The notes under the pieces were generated by a model. That model made no database searches. It worked only from the letters and a program-made list of their open reading frames with translations, and had not been told where the DNA came from. 64,000 nt of DNA from Somniosus microcephalus. Its lineage: Eukaryota. A program made the position numbers and the translations under genes. Of the stretch, positions 13,537 to 26,857 are shown one piece after another (within the stretch, counting starts at the first letter, position 1; each line of letters begins with the position of its first letter). Where the stretch lies: the NCBI GenBank assembly GCA_052327205.1, contig CM126220.1:11098001-11162000 (forward strand), read 5' to 3'.

Positions 13537-16159
13537 TCTGCCTTATGGTGTTACAATTTTGTCAAAGCACAGATTGTGAAATCCTCAATCTGATTGGCCT
13601 GGCATCATCCTATACGCCTACCATACCAAATAATGCCGATTTGTGCACATCATTGATTCTTTTGCTCCTTTCTTGGAGTTGGGTTTGGAACTCCACGTTT
13701 GCCATTTCTATTCTGTATTGTAAGGTAATGCATTGCGTGGTCCTTCACCCGTGTGGTCTTGATTGATGGTTAAACACGGACTGGAGTTAGTCAAACTGCC
13801 AGCGGTTTAGGGAAGATGCAGTCAACTTGGGGGGAGGAAAAGAACTAAACTACCAGGAAAACCTGCTCAGAAAAGAATATCATGCCAATGAATGTTACAT
13901 TTATATTGTAAACATTATTGTGTAGGTGCTGATATTTTGCAATGAAATTACTCAAGTAAGTCTTTTAGCAATCGTGTCTCTTGAAGTATTCTACCAGCAT
14001 TTGGCCCTTAAAAAATAATTTGCAAGTAAGTTATATTATTACCTAGTATTGTTTTAACAGGATATCAAAATAGTGTTTTTTTTTAAAAATTGGCAGTGGG
14101 CTGAAAACAAATTCAAAGCTCCCTACAGTAGTTCTCCATATTTTCCTGCATGCCAGACACTTCTTAACAATAAGTGGTTGTGGCAGCTGTTCTCAGGACA
14201 TTTAAATTGTTAGCTGGCTGGCTGGCTGACTAACTATTCGAAGGCCATGAAAAGGATGACAAGACCGGATTGCAGCTGTTGTATAATAGATGGCTTGATG
14301 CACTGATTCACAACAGAACAGATGCATTTTAAATGCGAACCCTCCGTAAAGATGTGGACTAAGGGCAAAGGTTATGGAAAGGATCATTAATTGTTGCATC
14401 AAAGTTAAGCTTGTCCCCTGATCTTTCTCCATATGATCAATACTGGGAATCTGCAAAGTTTGAACCAGCTAATTACGATGAGCAGAAATGGCCTGGTGCT
14501 TAATGTTGGATATGCTGCAACTGTAATGTGCAGTCAGTGGTTAAAATAAACTGGTGTTTGGACTTCACACTTCACTTTCAAGGCGGTTTAGATCTCTTGG
14601 ATACATTGGGGGGGGTTTTCAGATCCTGTGTATTTCTCTCATTTTCTATTCTCTCTATATTTCTATTGCTTATTTTGGAAGAAAAATACATATCGTCTGC
14701 CGATGTAATTTTATAGAAAGTACAGAATGTATTTTGGAAATTGCATAGGTCATTGAGTTTGCATAGGATGCATGGTCTGAAATGTTGCCAAACTTTGCAC
14801 TATCTTGAAAAATTAACACAGCATTGTAAACAGAACAATATGTATTTGGGGCACATGTTCCAGTTTGCAAGAGTTTTCTGACAGAAGATAATACTTGGTA
14901 TCAGTATGATATATGCAGTGTACAGATATTGTTTTGGTAAGCCAGTACCATTGGCAGAAGTGCTGTAAAGCATATGGGACATTAAAAACTGTGAATGGCA
15001 GCTAAATGTACGCACAGTGCCGAGATTCAGGTATGCACCTGAGATTGCCCAAGTGCCAAGTCCTTATCTCAGTCAGAGATTGTCTACAAAAGTTGCTGTT
15101 CCAAACAAGAGAATTGGAAGGGAGAGAATGGATTCATGTCAGTCAGTCACACTCCAGGTAGAATGGGAATGCCATAAGTTGACAGTAAGATGGCACCTGC
15201 CCTCTTAGTTGGAAGGGGCCATGTAGCATTAGAGGGTAATGGAAATTTAACAAAAACTATTGTGATTAGTAATCACTTGAAAATGTGGAAAGAATAAATT
15301 AAAAGTGAACCTAAATCTTGCACTAAATGGTGAACTTGTTAACCTAAATAAGCTTTGTTGCAAATTCCCTTAATACCTGAAGTTTAACTCTTGTCTCAAA
15401 GATGTTTTTCATTCCGCTTGGCTTTGTGTATTTAGGATTCTCTAATTCAGACCGTGCTAAGCCAGCTGGAATGTGATTTCTATTGAGTGAAGAGATTAGG
15501 CCCGGGGATGTAAATACAGGCCTCGCTGCCTGTTGGTTCCTCTTTTAGACTATTACTGCAGAAGCGAGGCCGGCAAAGCTGGCTTGATGCATGCATTCAT
15601 TGAGATAAAGAGAACAGTGTCAAAGCAATTAAACTAAACAGATTTTCATTAAGTAAATTGCAGCAAGGCTGTGCTGTTTGCAGCTAGACAACAATTAGTG
15701 TTAATATCCATGCCACTTTGCCTCCCTCATATTCATTTGATTGTAATTTGTGCAAATGGATTATGCTTGGACCGCGGGGCTGTGAGATTGGCCTCTTTGA
15801 CGGTTTAAACAGGTAGATTTTCTTTAATAAATTGTGGGAAATGCTATTAAGTTTGCGATAAAACCCCTACATTTAATTAATCCTTAAATATTAACAGGCA
15901 TGAATGAGCTGAGGATTTTGATCAGTGCACAGTGGGAAAAGGCTGTGAACTTTTCAGAGCTCGACTGCAACATAATCATTTTATGCTAGAATGTGTGCTT
16001 GGCGAAGACCTGAATCGACAGGCGTTTAACAATAATTAGGAGTGAGTTATTAAAGCTGACTTTATTCCTCAGAGAGGTGGAATCAGCTGATGATGGTTAA
16101 GCATGGAAATGTACTGCATAAACACTTCAAAAAGGTTTTGCTTTTCTCTAATTTCCTAG

Positions 16160-16523
16160 GTTTAAGCTTCACTGGAAGCAATCTGACGTCGAATGAGAAA
16201 CCTGAAACAAAGGGACCAGGTGTTTCCAAGGTATCTGGACTAGAGCGTAGCCAGGAACAGAGCAAGGAGACACCCTTTGTGCCGCTGGTGTCAAGCCCTC
16301 CAGCTGCTGTGGTACCTCCGGCTTCTTCAGCGTGTGCTTCCAATAGCACAGCGAGCCCAACCGTAAAGGAGGCCATATACCAGGCACAGCCACAACCAAG
16401 ACAGCCAACGCCACAGTTACAGCCGCAACTACAGCATTACTCTCTGCCTCAGATTCACACGCAGCCTCCTGTACATCACCAGATTCACCACCAGATACCT
16501 TTCAGCAGTCTTAATAGTATCAG
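16160..16523 (+). CDS. FBRSL1: FBRSL1 coding exon (KVSGLERSQE motif, Pro/Gln-rich), phase 1 to 2
   Basis: Acceptor ttttctctaatttcctag; donor AG|gtaagc; the SGLERSQE motif is shared by AUTS2 and FBRSL1; frame joins the next exon. Confidence 0.9.
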
Positions 16524-16784
16524 GTAAGCAGGGAGGATATTACATTACTTTCAGAATCCACGTGGGTGATTTTTTTTTGTACTGTAGGTGAGGAGTGTTA
16601 GTGCTAAGGACTAGACCACTTTCTATTTTGGCACAGTATCGTCAACAAGCGCTCCCAGGTCAGGTGTAGTACAACTCTGCCCCAGTATAGTGCCACAACC
16701 TCTACTGTGCTGTACTGTGACTGCGTGACATTTTCCCCATTTCCTACACGAGTTATTCTGTGACCTCTGAATGGAATTGCAAAA

Positions 16785-16950
16785 TTAGGGGCAGTTTTGG
16801 GTTGTGGGCAATGCTCACTATGGACTGGGTTGAGATGCAAAACTCATTTCACGTAGGAACTTTAACTGAGAGACTTCCATTCTATCAATCTGGGCTGGAT
16901 TTGAACCGAGGTCCCAGAAATAAAAGGCCAGTGTCTTATCAACTCTTCAC
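16785..16950 (-). mobile_element. Decayed tRNA-derived SINE resembling the LF-SINE 5' part
   Basis: Minus strand reads GCCTTTTATTTCTGGGACCTCGGTTCAAATCCAGCCCAG...CCTACGTGAAATGAGTTTTGCATCTCAACCCAGTCC: a B-box plus motifs I recall from LF-SINE. Confidence 0.5.
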
Positions 16951-17384
16951 TCCATGTGTGGATGAAGATTTACTAAAGTCAAAACTTGCTAAATTTCTTA
17001 ACACGCATGCACTTGAGATTTTAATTAATAAACCTGATGCTTTAAACCCCAGCACAAGACCTGCTTTTTTCTTCTCCGTCCATTTGTTCTTTGTAAAGCT
17101 GTATTATTAGCTACAGGTTTAATATTGAACCCTAGAATAAATGTTGATTTCATACAGTGCTTTGGTGAAACCTAACACACAAGAAATGACATTTCTTCCA
17201 GGTCCATAGGGAACTGCTATTGCCAGTCTCCCATCACCACCCAAAAAGCTGAAATGTTAAGTATAACTTAAATAGCAAGATTGGAAAAAACTATTCACCT
17301 ATTAGGTTGTTAATAAACTGTAAATATTGCTTAAGGAACAGTGATGCTTGTCAGATCAGATTGGCAATGGCGTAGTTGACTGCT

Positions 17385-17810
17385 CACTGACCTTTATTGG
17401 GTCCCAGTTAAGCAACGCCTTGACTTTAAAATTTTCATCCTTGTTTTCAAATCACCTCCATGGCCTCGCCTCTCCCAATCTCTGTAATCTCCTCCGGCCC
17501 AACAACCCTCCGAGATCTCTGCACTCCTCCAAATCTGGCCTCTTGAGCATCCCCAATTTTAATCACTCCACCATTGGCAACCGTGCCTTCGCTGCCTAGG
17601 CCCTAAGCTCTGGAATTTCCTGCCTAAACCTCTTTGCCTCTCTTGCTCTCTCTCCTCCATTAAGACGTTCCTTAAAACCTACCTCTGACCAAGCTTTTGG
17701 TCATCTGCCCTAATATCCCCTTATGCGGCTCGGTGTCAAATTTTGTTCGATAATCGCTCCTGTGAAGCACCTTGGGAAGTTTTACTAAAGGTGCTATATA
17801 AATACAAGTA
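17385..17810 (+). mobile_element. L2 LINE 3' fragment
   Basis: LHGLASPNLCNLL...PRSLHSS...IGNRAF; tail GGTGCTATATAAATACAAGT. Confidence 0.9.
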
Positions 17811-18809
17811 CAGTAGTTGTTAATTTTAATTATTGTTAACCAAAATTTCTTAGGGGGGAACGTATATTATAATTAATGACCATCATAGACTAATCTAAAT
17901 TTAATATTGTTGGTATGTCCAGTTATCTTCATCCACGGGGATTTTCACCCAGTTGTACTGATGCAAGTAATACTGCATGATGGGTTAAGAAAGAGAAAGA
18001 ACCTGCATTGATATGACATCCTGTCGTATCCCTCGGGAATCCCCTAGAACACATCACATACCATTGCTTTTGAAGTTCTCCGTTAGGTAGGGTATTTTTG
18101 AAGCACAATTATTTTTCTCCCCTCATTCCTTTATTTTAATCTCCCTACCTGAAATAACATCTGAGAAGCTAGACGAGCAATATTTCATCTGCTAGGCAAC
18201 ATGTGAGTGCAGTCTGGAGTGACTCACTCAATTTAATCCACAATTTGTGAGGAAGCACCTGGCCTCATGGTGTAACTGCCTAACCAGAGTTTGGAGTTCA
18301 CATCATGGCGATCATATCTACAGTAACTCCAGTGAAATGTGTCGCCATGTTTCATTTTTAAAAGCACATTAAATCCGTGAGCACTGCTTATGTTGCTAAA
18401 GTTCAGTGTTTCCTGTAGCTAGCGAAAGGGAAACTCTCCATCAATGTTCTTCGCAAATTCAGGATAATCATGAATGTCTTTTCTTTCCCTAAATATAATA
18501 AACTTTGTGCTGATGTAGCACGATTCATACAGCATTAGAAATATTGAGTACATTGTACAAATGGTGAATGTGTGATTAAAAATAAGATGCCAGGTCTTTA
18601 TGCCCACATTTGTTATATAAAGAACAACGGGGGAGTGCTGCTTCTGGTCATATGCCTCATACTGTACACGTCGACATCACTGGGTTTGTTCAATGGAGGA
18701 CCACAGCTATTGCAGTGGTTATATTCGGTATGTGTCCTGAATCACCAGGAATTTTCCTCAATTAATCCTCAGCCAAAAATATATTTCCCTGCCACAACTC
18801 CATTCCCTA

Positions 18810-19522
18810 GCCACTGACTCCATCCCCCTCCTGGCCACTGTCTGAGGCTGAACCAGACTGTTCGCAACCTCAGCGTCCTATTTGACCCCGTGCCGAGCTT
18901 CTGACACCATCTCCTCTCCATCACCAAGACCGCCTACTCCCACCTCTGTAATATCGCCCGTCTCTGCCCTGCCTCAGCCTATCTGCTGCTGAAACCCTCA
19001 TCCATGCTTTTGTTACCCCCCCCCAGACTCGACTGTTCCAACGCTCTCCTGGCCAGCTTCCCATCTTCCACCTTCCATAAACTTGAGCTCGTCCAGACCT
19101 CGCACCAAGTCCCGTTCACCCATCACCCCTGTGCTTGCCGATCTACATTGGTTCCCGGTCCAGCAGTGCCTCAAATTAATAATTCTTATCTTTGTGTTCA
19201 AATCCCTCCATGGTCTTGCCCTTCCCTATCTCTGTAACCTCCTACAACCCTCCAATACCTCTGCGTTCCTCCAATTCTGGCCTCTTGTGCATTCCCGATT
19301 GCCTTCGCCCCACCATTGGTAGTTGTGCCTTCAGCTGCCTAGGTCCTAAGCTCTGGAGTTCCCTCCCTAAACATCACCACCTCTCTCTCCTTTTAAGATG
19401 CTCCTTCACCTGTTCTAATATCTCTATGTGACTCGGTGTCCAATTTTGTTTGATAATGCTCCCGTGAAGCGCCTTGGGATGTTTTACAATGTTAAAGGCA
19501 CTATATAAATGCTAATTGTCAT
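18810..19522 (+). mobile_element. L2 LINE 3' fragment
   Basis: RLDCSNALLA...ITPVLADLHWFPV...LIFVFKSLHGLALPYL; tail AAAGGCACTATATAAATGC. Confidence 0.9.
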
Positions 19523-20385
19523 AATTATGCAGCAGCTCCATTGCATGTTGCACCCATATGGTGCAGCAAGTAATGGGCCTGTTCCATAGTTATAACATGC
19601 AGACAGATACATTTTTAGCAGATAGTAATTTGTGCCCACCACTTGTGATATGCTCCAACTTGACTCATCTGTCCATTTATAATGCGCATCTAATGTAGAC
19701 CGCAACCTTATATACATTGTAAAATTTTTGAAACATTAAGTCCAAGAACTGTGCTTCATAGAGTAAGTGTTGTGCCTTCCTGATTAACAAGCATCAGTAC
19801 ACCTTTTGCAAACAAACCTTTATGAGCAACTTTTTAAAAACATTGAGTGGTGATGCTGAGTGTGAAATTAGCACAATTAGTTAAATGGACTCAATTGCTG
19901 GAGCAATACTGGCAGCAGAAAGACTGTTAATTTTCTTCCCTCACATTACAGCTCTTCCCAGTCTTTTCTCCAGATAATGTTGTCAGCGGTCACTGCTTTA
20001 AACCAAGGGGGCAGAAGTTCATGTTGGCCTGAATGTTTCTCCTTTTGATTGACCAGTGCTACACTGAACATAAATGCAAGCAGTTTAGTTGATTGACATT
20101 CCCGAATCACCAATGAGCGAGCTGGCATCCATGCTTGTCTGTGCTCTATACTTTCAGATATGGTTTTGCAGGCTGAGATCATATTGGATAGTGGAAAACC
20201 ATGAAGCTAAATTTGTCTGTCAACAACTAAATTACTGCAGCCCAATTAACTTCAGAAAGGAAAGTAGTTGTCCAAATAAAAGAATTGCAGAACTTTATAC
20301 AATGAAGCAGCCCTACACTTTTTTTCCAGCAAATTAACTGCAAAATGATTTAGCTTTTCATTACGATGGCAGCATTAAAGTAATA

Positions 20386-21185
20386 CAGGAAACTCTCGTT
20401 TAAATGGCACCTAAATATCCAGAATTCTCTAATAACCGGCAAAATTCATACTCCGAAAACAGCACCTCAATAACCGGCAATGTTGCTGAGTCCGAGTCTC
20501 CTGCGGTGGCCGAGTTAGTCAGTGGGGGTAGTTCTCCAAACTGCCACTACTCGGCTCCTTGGCGCTGTCGGAAGTCTCTTCCGATCTGAACACCTCAATA
20601 ACAGGGGTCTGACTCTCCCGTGCTGCCGGTAGTCTCTTCCGATCCGAGTTATGGATTACCCGCATCTTCCACCATCCATTTAACACACTACAGGAAACTT
20701 TGTGCTATCCGGCACCGACGGGACCGAGCTGTTGCCGTCCCATCAAAACTGCCGGACAAACCAGCGCTAATGTTGAAACATACAGAGATTTTGAGCTCCA
20801 TATCTGGCAACAAACCCTGTTGCTTAGCAACAGCTTCTAAACAGTCGGCCGTACCTTGCAAGTGTCTCTGTAGCTTAGCAACAGCTTCAGCGAGACCTTG
20901 CAGAGCCTGACTGGTGGAAAAAAAAAAGCAACGAAAAGAAAAAAAAACTAACGAAACGGCTCCTGATTTTTGCCGGTGGCTTGAGCATTCCGGACAGTTA
21001 ACCTCCGGACAAACCAAACTTTCCTGTATTCTGTGAGTACCCAATTTTACTGCACATTTCTTGATTTTTTAAAATTTTTGTTTGTTAAAAATAGCCTCGG
21101 TTGATATACCTCTCCGTCATCCGGAATTTTTAATCAACCGGCACCATCTCAGTCCCATCGGTGCCGGATACCAAAGAGTTTCCTG
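20386..21185. mobile_element. Tc1/mariner (Tigger-like) non-autonomous element, TA TSD
   Basis: TA|CAGGAAACTCT...AGAGTTTCCTG|TA, with subterminal GGCACC/GGTGCC symmetry. Confidence 0.85.
20691..21026. mobile_element. Related Tc1/mariner-type MITE nested inside the previous element
   Basis: TA|CAGGAAACTTTG...CAAACTTTCCTG|TA; an inverted homolog starts at 40706. Confidence 0.85.
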
Positions 21186-22074
21186 TAGTAGAAAATGACC
21201 CTTCATCTGGGGACATGCCATCTTCGATTTCCTTGAATACGTCTAGAAGTTGGAAGTATATTTAAGATGTAACATTCTTGGCCATATGTTTGTTTTAAAT
21301 AGCTACATTTGAAAGTTATTAATGCATATTTCAGTTAAATGTTGTATTGTTTGCACAGCATGTTTAACTGCCATGTTGCTGTTAATAGTTGCCTCATGTC
21401 TCAAACCACATAACTGTGGAGATGAGTCATCCTGATTTAAGAACTGATGCCAGTTTCCAGATTTTCAGTTTAGAGTCACCAAGTAGGCCAAAAAGTGCAA
21501 GGACATTTCAGCCTAGATCTTCCAGGAGATGGATGATGTTTATCTAAATGTAAACAGGCTATCTCAACCTAACCCTTTAATTTACCTTCAAAACATCCCA
21601 ATACTGCAGTGAAGAGAAGGTACTTTCAAATGTACTGGGAATAAACACAGGATGGACTGTCCACATTAACTTGACCTAACTTCTTATAACCATACTTCTC
21701 CAGTACTAAAGATTACGAGATCACAAAAAAATTGTCACTGAAATGTTTAATTCATTTTCCTACCATAGTTCTTTAAGTGAAAAATGGCTCCATTTTATCA
21801 AAAATAACCATCAAAATAAATATTATTGTCCTTTGTAATGAGAAAAAAACAAGAGATCAGGGAGTCTGAATTCTTATACATATAAATGTAACTGTTTACC
21901 AGTTTTGGTTAAATGTGAAATTATTTGACTCTGGATTGCTTAACACATCTGCAGTAGAGATTACCCTGGAAATACCACTGCTTTGTTTTAGTCGCAGTAC
22001 ATGGGATGTATTTTTATTGTCCTGAGTTATGTTTTGTGCAGTATGTTATCTAATGATCAAATTTTCTTCCCCAG

Positions 22075-22346
22075 CAGCCGGAGTAGCAGCGCCAGCAGTG
22101 CTGCAAGCATCAGCCTACCCAAACACTTGCCTTCATCCCCCCAAATCCACCCCCATCATTCATCCACTCCAGTCCTGCCCCTATCTATTCCAAACCTTGC
22201 TACCTCACATAATTTCTCCCTGCGGCCTCAGACTCACCCTCATCACCACGCCATGTTTGCAACACCAGCTACCTTACCACCACCACCTCCTTTAACGTCA
22301 AGCAGCCTTGTTGTACCGGGTCACCCTGCAGGACCTGGCTATTCAG
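22075..22346 (+). CDS. FBRSL1: FBRSL1 coding exon (SSRSSS...HHAMFATPATLPPPPPL...VPGHPAG), phase 2 to 1
   Basis: Acceptor ttttcttccccag|cag (NAGNAG); donor G|gtaggt; the MFAxPxTLPPPPxL motif is typical of the AUTS2 family. Confidence 0.92.
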
Positions 22347-24478
22347 GTAGGTGCAGATTCTTATTCCCCCTGAGTATTTCAGATATTGTTCAGTTGTGTT
22401 TGTCATAGAGGATTTTGCTTGTTAATATTTTTAATTCCTTTTGAAATCCCTAAAATGCCAATTTCTTTTTGTTTAATTTTGAGGGTTTATAGTGTTTCAT
22501 TTAAAAATTGTCTTTTTTTTAAAGTGAGCAGTGTATTTGCTCAGTTCATAGCCCAACAGTACGGAAATGTCCTTGAGAGAGTTAAGGGAAAGTTATTGCA
22601 TGAAGAAAGTCCGAACTCTCACTTTATTCATGACATTCCTTGATGTTCAGAAGCCAGCCTGATCTGTTATGTAACTGAAGCATGTACAAAAAGAAATAAT
22701 GTAATGCGATCAAAGTTCAATTTCATTCATTTATGTAAACATGTCATTTTTTGTTTGACTTGAATGTTTCAGATGTTTTAACATCTCAAAGCAGCATTAT
22801 TAGCAGAATTGTTTTGAGTTAAGATAATTGCACATATCTTGGCCATTACAGACGTAGCCTTCAGAACTGACAAATTGAAGAAATGGCAACACACCCAGAT
22901 CTAGTCGTGGTTTAAAACGTCCACTTAATGAGCAATCTGGCGGTATAGTGGATTGATACACCAACAGACGATGCCGTTGAGAAATAGATGTAGGATTTGA
23001 CCAGTGACCTTCACCACTTCCCTTCCCTCTCTTCACCTCACCGTGCCACCCTCCCAACCAGAAGGGCCTGCACTTGTCAGATTGCGGGGGGGGCGGGATA
23101 ATCAAAGGATTAGATAAATGCTTCTAGACCTTAGTTAAAAAGTGGCATTGGCAAAGCCTGAGAGCAGATCATCTGCCCTCCCTGTCGAGAGAAAATGCAT
23201 ACCACATTTGGGGAGGCCCTACAGAACAGAGAATGTTTTACTACAATCCTGTCAGTTGTAGATTTGAGTTGGAAGGGAGGGAGAAATTGATGGTGCGTAC
23301 CTCGCCTTTCAGGAAGCATGCCTTCTCTTGGCCTTGTTGGTCTAGTGAAATAGGCTGTTACTTGCTTACCCTCCTCCCAGCAAAAGACTAGCTTAATACG
23401 AAATCCTTGTTTGTCTACTTGGGTATTCAAAATCAAATTCCCTCTGTATTTCATTTCCTGGAAACCTTGAATGCTGTAATGATGTTTAACAGTCCTTATT
23501 TAACAAGCTGAATTGATTTTTGTAATATAGCTGCCATGTTTGAATAATTATACAGAAAGCCACTTCAAAGAAGATTTTTTTGGAAATGTAAAATAAAATC
23601 ATCTGTATGCTTCATTGTAAGTTTTCAAGTCCTGCCCAAAAATGTCAGAGAAACATTTGGCCAAGATGTTTTTATTGCTAATTACAGTAACAAGAATGTT
23701 GTGTTTCATCCTTTGAATTACACTTGTACTTAACCATTCCATTCATTTTAACTCAAAGGGTAAGGACATTTAATGAGTAGTATTTCAAATGTGTTTATCT
23801 TTCAAGGAAACATAATTCAAACTGATTTTTTTTCTTGAAGCTGTATTGAATGCAATTGTCTGAATGGTGTCAAGAAACATGTCCTCATAAGAGCATATAA
23901 TGATTTTGTTTCATTAAAAATGTATGCTTTCAGCATGCTGCTGATGTTGCTATGCTACCAGCAGTGAAGGTGATTCAGAGTATTCGTAAGTGTTGGCTGC
24001 TTGAAGCAACACGAACGAGCTCTGAAACGCCTGTGTAACAGTAATCAAATGGTTATTGCTGCAGACCTTCCCATTTAAAGCCCACAATGCCCCTTTCCAA
24101 TTCGGATGAATAGGAAATGATATCTTGCAAAGGTGCCAACTTCATCGATGGCCACAGGACACATTTCAAACAGCGGTATTGCTGCCTGCTCTTATGGAGA
24201 CAAGTACAGTGTCTTAGCTATCTCCCTTGGGAGGTGGACTGTATGTGTGTGGTTCTCATTTCCCCAGTTTGTTTTCTGCTGGGATGACTCATATGGTTCT
24301 CTTCTGTCTTTAGATACCAGCCTGTTGATATCATTCAACCAACCAATCATGTATTGTCAGCCTCAGTCGGGAATTCTGATTGGTGCTTTGTCACAGGCAT
24401 CTCTGTTACCTCCACCAATGAGTCCTCACGTAGAAAACCACCACAGCATGACCTGCAGAAACAGGGAATGCCAGGTGA

Positions 24479-24877
<399 letters not shown>

Positions 24878-25242
24878 TGATTCTTAAAAAGAAAAACACC
24901 AGTGGCACTTATTTTTCTATTCCAACTCTCCTGTGATATCTTTTGACCATACAACCAATTAAGGCAAACGGTCATATGTCTGTATTGAGATACTTTATGT
25001 ACATTCTAATATATCGGACTTCAAACGTTTGGCAGTCACCAAAAATTAATATTTAAAGAGAATAGTATCCTAAAACATGTTTAATATTTGATGACTGTTA
25101 AGTTAATACTGTCCTGCTATTTTAAAATACCACAAACTGACAACGGTTGTAAGAAGAGTTGTTTTGGAACTTGATCAACAACAACTACTTGCATATATAT
25201 AGCGCCTTTAACATAATAAAATGTTCCAAGGCGCTTGATAGT

Positions 25243-25698
25243 GCAGTGGCTCAGTTGGTAGCACCCTCGCCTCTGAGTCAGTAGGTTATGTATTCAAGTC
25301 CCACTCCAGGGACTTGAGCACAAAAACCCAGGCTGACATTCCAGTGCGGTACTGAGGGAGTGCTGCACTGTCGGAGGTGCCATCTTTCGGATGAGACGTT
25401 AAACCGAGGCCCCGTCTGCTCTCTCAGCTGGATGTAAAAGATCCCATGGCACTATTTCGAAGAAGAGCAGAGGAGTTATCCCCGGTGTCCTGGCCAATAT
25501 TTATCCCTCAATCAACATCACTAAAAAATAGATTGTCTGGTCATTATCACATTGCTATTTGCGGGAGCTTGCTGTGCGCAAATTGGCTGCTGCATTTCCT
25601 ACATTACAACAGTGACTACACTTCAAAAAATACCTTTCTAAAGCGCTTTGGGACATCCAGTGGTCATGAAAGGTGCTATATAAATGCAAGCCTTTCTT
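25243..25698 (+). mobile_element. SacSINE1/DeuSINE-like SINE, near full length
   Basis: tRNA-like head TGGCTCAGTTGG...TTCAAGTCC; Deu-domain-like GGTGCCATCTTTCGGATGAGACGTTAAACCGAGGCCCCG; L2-type tail. Preceded by an inverted L2 tail at about 25181-25237. Confidence 0.9.
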
Positions 25699-26806
25699 TA
25701 AAGTGTTGTGTGGTCAAAAGATGGAGAAATGACATATCCTTTCTAGCCCTTGGGACACATTTGTTCTGTGCTTATTAGAGTGTTGTGGATTTAAATATTA
25801 GTGCACTAAACGGTTTTTATTTATCAGTATATGAATATGACCTTAAATATATGCTATATGGGCACTGCGTACTAGCCAAAATGAAATACCACAGTAGTCA
25901 AGTGTGGAAGAGTAAAGTAAAAATATATCCACAGTGCTGTTTTTATACATATTCTTTCTGTGAACTGAAAACAATAGCATTCCTATAACTTCTGACACAC
26001 AAACGCTGTTTTTGTAGCATAGTTAGAGTTGAGAATGTATGATTAAAATCACCTTATACCCACAGAATCTGGCTCATAAATGCTCAGTTGGCTATTGTTT
26101 CTTTACTCTGACTAGTGTTTAAAAACAGTTAATGTAATTTGCTCTGGTTTACACACCCTCGCCGCATTGCCTGTGCAAGCTGCATGCATATCTGCTCCCT
26201 TTTAAGTACCATTTCCAAATTTTCCCAAAAAATATATTTAAAAAAAAAAGAGAAGCAGTTTAACTGCTTGTTGCAGAATGTGTTTTCAATATTTTTAATG
26301 CAAAAAAATGTACCATGTGGTCTAATTACAGTCATAAAGAAGTGTGTGTATAATCTACCTAGTGTATGTTTTTGTGATTAATGTTGTTTATGCTGACTAA
26401 GTGGCAGACATCTGGTAATGGCTATAATTAATGAAATTATGCATGTGTTCTGTATACATAGTTATTATATTCAGCAGCAGCTGCCATGCCAAATGGCTGT
26501 GTGTGGAGACTTTCCATTTCTTAATGTCCCTTAATTGTTTAAAGATGAAATATGTAGAAGTAATTATTAAAAGCTGTTTATCGATTTTTCAAAAAAAATT
26601 TGTAAGTAGTTCATGACGGGTTGAAAATGATTAGCAGCTAATAATATTGATCAATCATTAGCCTATTTTGATTGTACAGTTATTTTATGATGATCAGAGG
26701 ATGTGTTTAACTTATTTTGACAGCCTCCGAGCTTCACAATGACAGAGTGACTTCTATGTTGGGCAAAACAAAATCTGTTACAACTTGTTTTTCCTCTTCC
26801 TTTCAG

Positions 26807-26857
26807 TTTGAAAAGTATACACCAAAAATAGAAAATCCTTTCTATCGACATTCTAGT
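26807..26857 (+). CDS. FBRSL1: FBRSL1 coding exon FEKYTPKIENPFYRHSS (51 nt)
   Basis: Acceptor ttcctcttcctttcag; donor gtgagt; homologous to the F(D/E)KY..K.D..YRHS exon of the family. Confidence 0.93.

Noticed and set aside
1-16159. Upstream FBRSL1 exons (for example the ASD..SEKLF exon)
   Set aside because: No matching coding segment with splice sites was found by eye. They probably lie before the window, though a diverged small exon could have been missed.
25243-25315. tRNA gene
   Set aside because: The A/B-box head continues into a SINE body and tail, and the same sequence occurs at several other sites.
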